Shown piece after piece: positions 52,570 to 64,000 of a stretch of 64,000 nucleotides of DNA. Every line of letters begins with the position of its first letter. The stretch's first letter is position 1. The notes under the pieces are model-generated. The model made no database searches, was not told the origin of the DNA, and saw only the letters and a list, made by a program, of their open reading frames with translations. The stretch comes from Marsupella aquatica (taxonomy: Eukaryota > Plantae > Marchantiophyta): the NCBI GenBank assembly GCA_973895155.1, contig OZ316897.1, positions 4,434,211 through 4,498,210 on the forward strand. The letters are read 5' to 3'. The translations under genes and the position numbers were made by a program.

Positions 52570-55075
52570 ATGACCAAAAAAGTGAAGCTCCCTTCCAGCT
52601 GCGTAGGAGGGTCGAAATGGCGTGTGCAGAACTCATGGAAAACTCTTTTCGTCCTCGTTGTGATCCTTATACTAGCTACGACAACGCTCCTGCTCGATCA
52701 GGTCTACGAAGGTGAGCCTTTGCGCCTCCGTTGACCTATTTTAGAATCAGCAAGCTTTTCCTCGTTGTCGACGAGAACCGGAAGTGGACGTTGCTTGTGC
52801 ATTTGTTGGGTTAGCAGTCGATGTAGGTGTCCAACTTGCAGGCCCTGGCAGTAGCCTATCGGTGTGTTCTTTTGATGTCTCACACAGTTTATTTGCTTTT
52901 GTTGGTACTGAAATGGGATTAAACAAACTGAATTGGGCTGTCGTTTCTTCCATGTTTCCTTGAGTTTTTAGATGTTTTAATTTTTTTCCAGAGTAGGGGG
53001 TGGTCTGATAAACGACGACAGACATCAGTTGGAATTTATACAATGATAACAGGGCAATCTATGAGACCAGATGTTTTGAATCTGACAGAGAGATCGTAGT
53101 ATGCACTGCCTATTGGAACCTTGAACGTATCAGAAAACCTTGTAGGAGCCGGAGAAGCTTGTCGGATTTTGTCGAGGAAATTGAGTAAGACCATCACCAG
53201 TGTCGAGGGATTTTGTGTCGAGATGTATTCCTTGTGTATTTTTACGTGCTTTTCTGACTCCTGTCTCGGGCTTGAAATGGTTCAGCGGCACGGATTCACT
53301 CCGTTCGCCTCGTAAAAGGCCTGCCGATTGGTGCCTCGAGTATCTTTCCAAGGAGAATTGTTGAAGATATGCAAAGGTTGGAGACTCCTAGTCTTCTTCG
53401 GTTGGGGTTGGAACCCAACATTTCGAATGTTGTGCCGACGCTGGAGCCAAGTCGCTCAGGTTTTGGACGAGTTCGCGACATAGTGGCTTTCCCCGACGAG
53501 GTGATGCTTTTGGTGGAAGTAACAAGCTTCAACTCATGGGTAGCCCCAAGTAAGGACGATCTCGTTTGTCTCTTCGGACAGCACCTGGAGACAGACGTCT
53601 TCACCGTCGAGTGGAAGGACGACAGGCATTCCGTTCTAGCCGTGAGGTGTGGGCATCCCCCTGTGCATCCTCTTCTCGATTCCAACCGGGAGGCCACCTT
53701 GCTACTTAAAGAAATCAACTTTCCCCTCCCATCGTTGGTCCAATATACTACAAACTTGTCGTGGACACCCCTTGTGTACGAGACCGTCACCGATTCAGAT
53801 AGCGTAATCTTACTCGTGAAAGGATTGGATCCTCTAGGACGGCCGGACAATTATTCCGTACCTCTTGACAAACTCCAATGCCGTTTTGGCAATGATGTGA
53901 CATCTCGGGTAAAGCTTGTTGCTCAAGAGGTGGTGAGGTGCGAGCTTCCCCCCGAGGTCGCTGTGGAGAAGCTGGAAGGAGCTCGTGTCAGTCTTTTCGT
54001 ACCCCAGCTGGGCCTTCTTCCATCAGTTGCATACTTCTCCAAGTCTCCTCTTACTGCGCCCATGTCGACGGTAACGTCTGGTGGGAAGCGACAATTCCAG
54101 ATTTGCGCGTGCACGATGTTGTGGAACGAGGCTCAATTTCTGCGGGAGTGGATAATGTATCACGGATTCCTGGGCATTGAGAGGTGGTATCTCTACGACA
54201 ACAATAGTGATGACGAGATCGAAGAGGTACTCGGAGGGTTGCAGTCGGCGTACAATGTTAGCCGGCATCCATGGCCTTGGATTAAGACCCAGGAGGCAGG
54301 GTTCTCACACTGTGTTCTCCGAGCTCGAGCAGATTGCGAGTGGGTTTTATTTGCTGACGTTGACGAGTTTATCTACCCCGTCAAGGATTTATACGAGTTA
54401 GTCTATGCCAGTCCTTCGTCTTCGAAATTATCGAACCTGAGAACCAAGGTTACTTTACCGAAATCGTGGGAGAATTGGCCGGCATCTGCCAGGAGGCTAG
54501 ACCTCGCCGCGAAAACATCCGCACCAAACAATACTTCTACGCTACAGAGATTAATCAAACGAACGCTTCAGAGGGGTGAGTCCATTGGTACGAAGGTGGG
54601 AGAAATACGGCTTCTCTGTCACAATTTTGGCCCATCGGGTCTCTCGAAAGCACCAGCGGACGGAGTTGTGGCGGGTTACACATGTAGAATGCGATGGCCG
54701 AAACGGCACAAATCGTTCGTTTACCTAGATGCCGTAAGTGACACTTTGTTGAATGTTGTGCATCACTTCGCTTTGAAGGATGAATACAAGGAATTGGCGG
54801 TTCATGCCCGAATCGCCGTGGTCAACCACTACAAGTTTCAAGCATGGGAGGTTTTCAAGTCCAAGTTCGTTCGCCGCGTCTCCACGTATGTTGTCGATTG
54901 GCGAGAACAAACCGCTCAAAGTAATGACCGAGCCCCGGGCCTTGGCCTTGAGGCCGTGGAACCTGAAGACTGGCCATCGCGCTACTGTGAAGAAGTGGAT
55001 TTGGGACTTAAGAATTTCACTGGTAACGCTTTCAGGGATCCGCAGACCAAACTTATGCCTTGGCAATCACTGTAA
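52570..55075 (+). CDS. Glycosyltransferase family 92 / DUF23 protein (At1g27200-type)
   Basis: Exon 1, 52570-52711, encodes MTKKVK...TLFVLVVILILATTTLLL (type II anchor) with donor AAG|GTGAGC. Exon 2, 53286-55075, is in frame with the 568-aa ORF: ICACTMLWNEAQFLREWIMYHGFLGIERWYLYDNNSDD, WPWIKTQEAGFSHC, DVDEF (DxD), NHYKFQAW. Confidence 0.93.
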
Positions 55076-57130
55076 GTGAACCCTAAGTCCAAGCGTCGAT
55101 TTCGTGGATACTCAAACTCTCGCGGCACGGTTGCAGCTGCCCTATATGGGACCTTTCTCCTCAAATGAGGCACAGAGAGATCAAGAAGGGAAGCTTTGAG
55201 GGGAGGATATCAGGAGTCTTTCGAGTCACTCAGATATCTGGAAAGGTCCAACCTTTGGAGATTAACGAAGAAAGATTCGATCGGTTGCTCAAACGAGCTG
55301 GTGTTGAATAGATCAAGTGAAGCTTGTCCTCCGTATTTTTGTCCCAGCTTGACCGGTTTCGAGGTCATCACTGGAATGTTTGTAGTATTTGGATATTTTC
55401 CGACTGCAGCACATTCAATGGCACTGCTGAGCACTAGACCCTGGAAGGAGAGGAAGGAAGGGTTAGGGGAGCGTAGTTAGAAAGATGAGGAGCATGTAAG
55501 GACCTTTCCTTCAAATGTGGTGGCGATAGTTACTATCTGTACATAAATGTCACGAATTTGTAAGGAGTTTGCGAAACCAGTCAGCCGAGCGGGGATGGTG
55601 GAGACGACTGGTCGAATTATGCTAGGAACATCCATACGAGACATCTCTCTGGACATGCTTGCGTCATTAGGGGTAGATTGACTTTAAAGGGTAACTTTGC
55701 GGTTTTAGGGATTTGTTGCTCACCATTATGAGCTTTGTAATATTGTCATCTTGCAACGAGTCTATTATGGCTCAATCAACCCAGGTGTGGAATTCACTCG
55801 TTCCGTGATGGGCTGGTCAAAACTTTTCCATTTACAGAGTTTAGGCCGTGCATTTCATCGGTCTAGTTACTGATGAATCGACTTCTCTGCTGTTGAAGTT
55901 TGTCCCAGTGTCGTGTAACTTTGTTACGTTCTAAACCTTTGTCTCGGTCCATTAATCATTTTCCCACATGGTGGCGTGGCTTGCCTGAAGCACAGAGCAT
56001 CTTCGAAACCGGCAAGCAATGATCTCCACTCTAATGGCCATAGGTGTTGGCCAGCGGAACTGTCGAAAGGGGAGTTGGAAGTTCAGTACAATTCGGCTAT
56101 GTGTTTATGTATACCCACATCCGGACATGATCATTGTTTTGGACAAATCGATCACATTCTGTTCTCACATCCTTCATCTTATTGGAAACCTGCTCCCGCC
56201 GTTTGGCTAGGAATGATTACGTGTATAAACAGAGAACTTCCATCAGCAAGCAATACTGGCTCACACTCAGTGTTCTACACGGATGATTGAGGAACGTAGA
56301 TGCTTAACTTTTCTGTCTATTGCGATGGCCCTTCAAACATTGCTAAGCCTATTTGCAGAGTGATGCTTGATTTCATGATTTTGAGCTTCTGAACCTGAAG
56401 TTCCTAAAAGCAACTTTAGTTGTTCCTGAACCTTTGGCTGAACCTTCACAGAATGCCGCCGAGAGTTTTCTCTGCTTGAGTCAATAGTTGCGTGTGCAGC
56501 AGGCATTCTCGTGGGATTCCAAATCCATTAAAATTCCGAACGACATAATCATTCTGCTCTGCGTTTCACGGCCAACAAAAGAATTCATGGACAACTCAAT
56601 CTGACCGACGACCAAGTCATGCTTTGGGCACTTTGACGGTTCGATAGGCATTCACAAACCGTATTGGGCACACTTTCCATGTGGCCCCTATTTGACTCGG
56701 TTTTGGTCGGTACCATGCATATTGTGCCAATCAATCAATGTACTCATTAGTGGAACATGAGATGGAGGGTATAACTGGCTAACCCATGGGTTTGCTAGGG
56801 GGTAACCCCTTAGGGTCATTTTTCATATAAGAATATGATTCACGAAAATAGACTTATGAGCCTCCAGTACTCTTTTTGCTGCCCGTCTTTTCTTCATGAC
56901 TACACTTTTTGTAAGTGTAACTTGAGGGTTTATGATCTTGAGGTCCATACAAGATATAAAATCATTCTTAAACAAAGTTTCCAATGAACTAAAGAAGCCA
57001 TGTCCCTCTGGATAACCAATGGATGAGTAGGGAAAATACTGGGTGAGGCTTTCTGCACGCAGATACAACAGTTGGGCCCCCCCAAAAATAGCAATACCAT
57101 GTAACAAGGGACCAGAAGGTTATGTGTTAC

Positions 57131-57375
57131 TGCATGCCACATGTGCTCTGCATAATGATTGATTACTTTACTTAATGTTTGGATATAAGAATTACTCCAT
57201 AGAAAATAATCTTAACCAAATGGACTCTAAATAAAGACAACAGAAATGAGGATGCATGCCACATGTGCTCTGCATAATGATTGATTACTTTACTTAATGT
57301 TTGGATATAAGAATTACTCCATAGAAAATAATCTTAACCAAATGGACTCTAGATAAAGACAACAGAAATGAGGAT
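57131..57375. repeat. 122-bp near-perfect tandem duplication
   Basis: Unit starting TGCATGCCACATGTGCTCTGC at 57131 and again at 57253. One mismatch seen (CTAAATAAAG vs CTAGATAAAG). Confidence 0.92.
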
Positions 57376-60300
57376 GGACAAAACAACAAGGATGGGTAAA
57401 GACTAACCAAAATAACATATAAATTTATTCATATCTATTTTCGGGCTAATGTATATAACAAACATGAACATATAATTTACAAATGAGGGTCCCTTTGCCT
57501 GGTCTAATGTGACAGTACTGTACCCCGTCAATCGAATAGACTGGAGTGTCCGTTCGAATTCATATCCATGCAGACTTCTCCATTTATTGACATCATGATG
57601 AGAGTTACTGTTGGTCTAGTAGCGTACAAAAATCTGGTGGTGGGGGACTTCCAGTTTGGCTTTTGTGCTTATTCAGGGGCTGAACTCAAGATCACATTGA
57701 CTTAAGTGGAGCACAGTCATGTATAAGTCGAGAAGAATATACACGATTACACGAATAGCAATACAGTTAAATAATGAAGCTCCTGAACCTGAAACTAATT
57801 TATGGAAGGGGCAAAGGTACGGTACAGCTTCCACATGTAAAGTCCCCAATTCTCTCAGACTTCTTTGATTCTCTGGACTTAGAAAGTACTATGTCACGTT
57901 TACCTGTACTCCAGGTTCTTTGCTTGGCACGTATTTGAAAAACAGGGTACAATGAAATAAAAACAAAAAAAAGTACACAAAGAATAAACCTACAAAAAGA
58001 GAGCACATGGAACTTCAAAAATCTGAACAACGGGAAAAAAACAGACAACGCTATGTCAGGGCTGCAATATGAGTGGTACTCATCTAGTGTCAAGCTCTTT
58101 TTCTTGCCTAGACAACTTTCTACCCATAAGTCCCTTCTTTTAGTTTCTCTTTTTGGTTTTTAAGGGTTTCCTTTTGCTCCCTTTTTTTGCATTTGGTTTT
58201 GTTCATTTGGGATCTCTTTTGTTTATTTATTTTTAACTCTGTTTGGCACTTTTCTGTAAAAGTTTGTATATTTTTATTTTTTGAGCGCAGTACAATAATG
58301 AATGCAGAATCAATAAAAGGTATATCGACTTGAAAAAAATCACGTAGAATTGTCACTTTTTCCTTCCTACAAAGAGAACAATAGAAACAGAACAAACTTA
58401 CTGACAAAATGCCCTTAAAGAAAATGAAGAAAGCAAAAGATTCACCAGCTTCTTAGATGGAATATAAAAATTTCTTTCCAGGCTAAAAGGAAAAGACTCA
58501 TCAACTTATTTGTTTGGGTTTCTAGTTGAACAATAACCGCTCCTGATCTGGCCCCACTCTAAAGGAGTAGAGGTCTTGTGACAATGATTGTGCTTTTCCT
58601 CTTGAAATGGAGTGTCAATCTTTTGATACAAAAGATACAAGCTTATATTATGTTTCCTGTAATTTCTTTGATGGAAATTGTCTTAAGTGACTAGTTTCAC
58701 TCTTAGCCCCTGCTCCACCAGGAGCATCCATCAGTGGTACACCAGAGAAACACTCTACAGGAGCCAGGGAAGTACAGTAGACCCCTTCCATGAGGACACG
58801 AGCTCTTAAAGAAAACATTCCTAGGAGTGGAGGAGGGTATAGAACCACGTGCTCATTGTTGGCATGGGTTCACTGTTGCAGGCAATTTCTGACCTCTCCT
58901 CTTAGAATGATAATGGACCAGTATTTAATATGGATCGATATAAGTATAGCCCGTTCGAGAATATAGTTTACTTTTGTCATCTGGTGACTCAAAATTTGTC
59001 ATGTACTATCTTACAAATGCAAAAACATACAGGCCAAACTCAGGTTGGGAGGCTGTTTTGAATATCTTTACCTGTCCAGAAGTGAAAAGCATAGCCATGA
59101 ATGACGTTCAATTTTTTTTGTCACTTTTTACTGAAAAGTAAACACAAAGAGTAAGCGGTGAAAGATACTTCATACCTCGGTAGAATAAGGGAGTACACAG
59201 TCATCCATGTGGCATATAGACATGCTCCATTAATGCAAGTACCATAAGGGCATTTCTTACTAAACCCGAAAAATCAACATTAAGCCGATATCAAGGCCTT
59301 TCCAATGATAGTTTTATTAACTGAACAAGTGAAGTCCAATAATGTGCCCACAGTGCATACAATTGGTATGCAAGCTTGGGTAGGGCCCTGGTACCTTATT
59401 TCACTCTATCACTAGGGTATGCGGAGTAGATTGAAGAGCTATCGTAAGTCAATACCATTCACTGTGGGGGGAAGATATTTATAACAATTCCTGAAAAAAA
59501 CCCATACCATAAAGTATCATGTTCCCATGCTAAGGTGCTTGAGGGAAATAAAGTGGTTTGTTTTGTTAGAAAACCTGAAAAAACACAAAACAAATCAAAA
59601 CAAAACAAACCAAAAAGGAGTGCATATGGCTTGAGGAGGATAAAGTGTTATGATGATGATAGCTCAAGTCTAGCTTTGGAAAGGGTAGGTCCAAAGCCAA
59701 TCAATGCTATGTGTCTTTACAGGTGCATGAGTCCCATCGAATACAGCTGGTGTTTGAGTCATGATGTTGGAGACTAGGAAGCCCCCAAGTATTTTTACTA
59801 GGGACATTATGCAAAAGCAACCAAAGGAAAGCATATGTATGAGGGAAACATGCAAAAAGCTCCCAAAGGAAAGAATTCTCCTTCTCTTATAGGCCAGACA
59901 ACCAGATATGAGACCACACTGCCTGTAGTGGAATCATGGTGCATGTATCAAATTCTTTACGTTGTTGTGGACCAGTTCAAGCTCCAAAGCACGCTTTTTG
60001 ACTCTTTGGTCTTCCCTGGAATTTTCCTATATTTTCCCCATTTATTGCAATCCTTGCATGGAGCCCTTTGTTCTTTGCAGTAATTCATACATATGGCAAG
60101 TTTGGTACAAAGATGAGCGGTGCTGTCTTCCATCAGTTTATTCAAAGAGAAAGGTGCCCAGGGACATGCAACTGACTGTGCACAATAATAGTGGTCACCA
60201 AATTAAAACAAACCCAAAAAGTGATCAGAATGTTCCCGAGCAAGTGAGGGTTCTAGAAGCATATGTCAGTGCCAAAGAACTAAAGGTGCCAAACCAGGCA

Positions 60301-60759
60301 AAAATAAAAGTGATCATAATGTTCCGGCGCTAGCTAGGGTTCTTCTTTTATGTTTGGTTTTGTCCACTTGGACCCTCTTTTGTTTGTTCATTTGTACTCT
60401 GTTTGGTCCCTTTCTATAAAAAGTATGTATATTCTATTTCTAAAGAAATACCACACCGCCAAAGAACAAGAAGCACAAGATCGGGAGACATGATTTGGGC
60501 ATGTCTTTTATCTTGTGCTGGTTTTGGAGCCTGGCTACGAGCTAGTCCATTGGGGCGCTCGTCTGTATGAGTTCGTGGTCTTTTTCCCATCCATGCACCA
60601 TTGATGTGGCCCTTGGATGTGGTCTACCCACCTGTGCCTCCTAGGTCAACCCACTTGTGTTTGTGGGACGTGTTTGGACCGAGAGGGAGTTCATGCACTC
60701 ATGTATGCTCATAGGAATGCTCAAAGAACTTGACATGCAATAACATACGTGATGAGATG

Positions 60760-62544
60760 TGTCACCTGCTTATCAAACGATTTACACGACAAATACATAT
60801 TTACTCATACTAAAATCGTTTGTTATCGTATGACGGGAACGTGGAGGGACACTATTAGGATTCTATTGCATGTAGGATGAGTATGTTTATTTCCGCTCCC
60901 GGAAATGTAGTTTTTGATCAAGTCTACCGACTAGTCCCGCTGCTTTTGATCAAGTCCCATGGACTACGCCACACACACACACTCCTACTGTTCGTTGGTG
61001 GAGTGTTGTCACCACCCCCTTACTCACATGGTCGACCAATCCGTGCAAGCATTCCTTAGACACTTCTTAGGGAAAGAACACAATCGTGAACCAGAAAATA
61101 TAGCCACACCAAAACTTGAAGAATCAAACCAAATCCATATCTTTTGGCAAAACGTCGTAACACATTGCAAGGACAACCCGGCCTCCTGCCGTCTGCCCAA
61201 CTACTGCCTCATTGGGGCAAGTGCTACACCTCTACCTCACTACTCTGGCTTGATTCCCTCTTTTGGCTATGAGCTAACTTCCCTAAGCAAACACTAGACT
61301 GAGTTCCCCCCTCCACTACTCCGAGGCTCTCCCCCTAAATACTGAAAAAACACACCAAAGCACCCCTTACGGGGTCACAACGATGGCGGCTACCCTAGCG
61401 GCGCCGCAAAAAAATAATCTTCCAAGAGGAATCCCTAACCTAAAACATGCGGCACACACATGCTCCTAACACCCTAATCTAACTATGGGACCGTCGGTGC
61501 CTTCGACGATGCCAACCGCACTTGGTAGTCACGGGGAAGTGAGGGGGCCACTCAAGGTCGAAACCCTCAACCATTTTGAACTACTTCCCTGAGGGGGGCC
61601 CTGGATAGCTCTGCTCCTCCTGATCACGAATCCGTAAACGGACTCCGGACGACCAAGTTACGGATGTTTGAATCCGTAATACGCCCGAGCTCATAACTTC
61701 TCCATCCTGACTCCGTTCTGGGCGTGCCACACCTTGCCGGAGTCAGCTCCTCGAGCTCCTTCCAACAAGCCCGTGATTCCCCTCTTCCAAGGTTTTGCAT
61801 AATTCAAAATCTGTACGACCAACGTCCGTACGCCTCACTAGTCTTCCCTCGACTCGCTCATGGAACCGGGACTCCACCCCGGGGAATCCTCACTACCGGC
61901 CCCCTCCGCTGATGTGGGTGTAACACCTACTATTCTCCTTGTCGGGGGAGTCCTTCTCGGGGCCTGGCCAGAGGCTCCCCGTCTCCTCAATGCCGCCAAA
62001 GCTTGCCAGGCCCTTACATAACCATGGCTGATCATGTCCTTCCATCTTGCGCCTACTACCCCACTCGTGGGAGCTTTTACTCCTGCTTGCCTTCTCCTGC
62101 CGGGGCTCGCTACTCCCGGGGCGGCCCTCCGTCTCGCGCCTGCTGCCTCCCAACTTACGGGCACGCAGCCTTACGCTGGGCCCTCCACCTGGCGCCCCAC
62201 GGCTCGCAGGCTCCTCCTCCCCAGCAGACTTCGCCATATTACACCGGGGCCAAGAAAAACTGTCGGGGTCTCCAAATATTAATTGGTGGTATCCCCTTAA
62301 GATGCCTAATTTTCTTCTCCCACAACAACAAGACCCAAGAGAGCAAAGGGTCAATTAAAAAAATAGTTCCTCCCGGGTTCAAATAGCTCAGGCCCTCCAG
62401 AGCAACATGAACACACACCGGGATGATTAACTTTTAAGAAATTTAAAAAAATTGAAAAACTCTTGTGTATATTGGCTTATTTATTTACATGCATCTTGCC
62501 AATAACACCTAATGGTGACTTTTCGAGACGGGGACCCCGTCACA
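60760..62544. mobile_element. Solo LTR (1785 bp) of an LTR retrotransposon
   Basis: Termini TGTCAC...GTCACA (TG..CA, imperfect inverted repeat) flanked by an exact 5-bp TSD AGATG (60755-60759 and 62545-62549). No gag/pol inside. More GC-rich than its flanks. Confidence 0.8.
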
Positions 62545-63159
62545 AGATGGCAACCATTGCTTGGGACTTAAGATAACATGTCACAATGGAGAAGTGACTT
62601 GGGCGGCGGGCTGATCATGTCTTTCTAGGGTTGGAGTCTATGCCCGTAAGGATTGGGTTGTTGCACATCCAGTTGGGGGGAGTAATATTGCAGTTGTTGT
62701 AAACCGGATCATGTTGTGGTCAAGGCAAACCGCCAAAGGAGGAGGGATATGCTACTCACTATCTTGGGGATATGGTTTATATACTTGCCGTTGAGGTCTT
62801 TGTGCCTCGACACCTTGTCTTTGCATGTTTTCTGCCAGCATGTGCAAGTCTTGTATAGAGTGGCAGCAATGTCCCACAATTTTTGTCCTCATTGCCTCCT
62901 TTAGGCATTTGCTATTCTTAGGAGGGCAGGGGCAGTTGGTTCTAGGGCCTCTAAGGAGATTCCTCTATGTGACCCTGCTATGCCCAGGTTTACTCCAGAG
63001 CATAGAGTTTCCTGATGAGAAGGGCTTTAGTTTGTTTGCTGTTGTAAAGGACTCGACTCCATTGTCTTCCTGAGGTGTGGGACTCTTCAGGTGTCTTGGT
63101 TTGGCATTTTTTGTTCTTTGTTACTGTGATATATTGTTATTCCACTCTATCATATTCAA

Positions 63160-63187
63160 ACTAGCTCAATACCTGTGCGTTGCACAA
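63160..63187 (-). mobile_element. Helitron-like 3' terminus
   Basis: Minus strand reads TGTGC-AAC-GCACA hairpin, 9 nt spacer, CTAG then T. The element would extend rightward over the minisatellite. Confidence 0.6.
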
Positions 63188-63191
63188 AAGA

Positions 63192-63378
63192 AGTCATGTC
63201 GGCCAAGATGTTGTTGAGAGAAAAAAATGTCGTGTCGGCCAAGAAGCCGTTGAGAGAAAAGATGTCTTGTCGGCCAAGAGGTTGTGGAGAGAAAAGATGT
63301 CGTGTCGGCCAAGAGATCGTTGAGAAAAAAAGATGTCGTATTGGCCAAAAGGTCATTGAGAAAAAACATCTTGTATCG
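63192..63378. repeat. ~35-bp minisatellite, ~5.5 copies
   Basis: Consensus AAAGATGTCGTGTCGGCCAAGAGATCGTTGAGAGA repeated head to tail. Confidence 0.9.
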
Positions 63379-64000
63379 GAGTGGTGGACCTAGCCACCCA
63401 GCGCCCTCACCAATCCCATCACTCACGCCTAAGTGCCCCTGGTGCCCGAATGCCTCCACGGAATACTTCGAGCAAGCACCCTAGTGCCCCTTGCACCGCC
63501 AACGGCTCCTCCCATACAAAACCGCACTTGCTCTCCAACACGACCGCTACTCAACGGTCCTCACTCTCTGCACAAGCAACCAAGCACCTCAGTAAGTAAC
63601 CCTTATGGATCTAGAAGTCGCCAAGTCTAGCATCCTAACTCAAGCTCAACATACATTGGTAAATAGGTTAGCGATAGGTCCTCCCGATGCCATAAGCCGG
63701 AACCAAAACCCATGCCCACTGTTCGTCCAAAACAGCTCCTTCCTTGGGCGCGGCCCGGGTTCCCCCTCGTACCTATCCATCACCAACTGACCGCCCTGAC
63801 CCCAGGACATGCTCATGGCCCAAGTAGTGTAGCTTGTCCTGAAGCTTGTCCCAACATGCCGGGACCAAAATAGCCCCGACTCTAGCAACCAATTCCCGAT
63901 TCACCTCACGGATGGTCTAGGGGCCGAACACTCTTGGAACTCAACCTCCACACTTACTTGGCCTTGTCTCCCCAATGCAAGCTCCCTTGGGAGATTGAAC

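Noticed and set aside
63192-63378. CRISPR-like regularly spaced repeats
   Set aside because: Units are contiguous degenerate tandem copies with no unique spacers, there are no cas genes, and the context is eukaryotic.

Overview
Eukaryotic land-plant nuclear DNA with spliced GT-AG genes. Gene content and style suggest a bryophyte, possibly a liverwort; this is inference only. Seven protein-coding loci are supported: a multi-exon malectin-like/LRR receptor kinase (+, 370-11800), an ankyrin-BTB/POZ protein (-), a small At1g77540-type GNAT acetyltransferase (-), a GT34 xyloglucan xylosyltransferase (+), COQ5 (-), an F-box/kelch protein (+) and a GT92/DUF23 glycosyltransferase (+). There are two tRNA genes, Ile-AAT (-) and His-GTG (+). 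Intergenic DNA, especially beyond 36 kb, is rich in transposon debris: a foldback element, MITEs (one Tourist-like with TAA TSD), a decayed Ty3/gypsy gag-protease, a 1785-bp solo LTR with an AGATG TSD, Helitron-like 3' ends and several tandem repeats. I did not find a clearly new multi-gene system. The most unusual observations are selective decay of individual LRR exons and of the C-terminal tail in an otherwise intact receptor kinase, and a tandem array of tRNA-His relics next to the tRNA-His gene. All exon boundaries were read by eye and may be off by a few nt.
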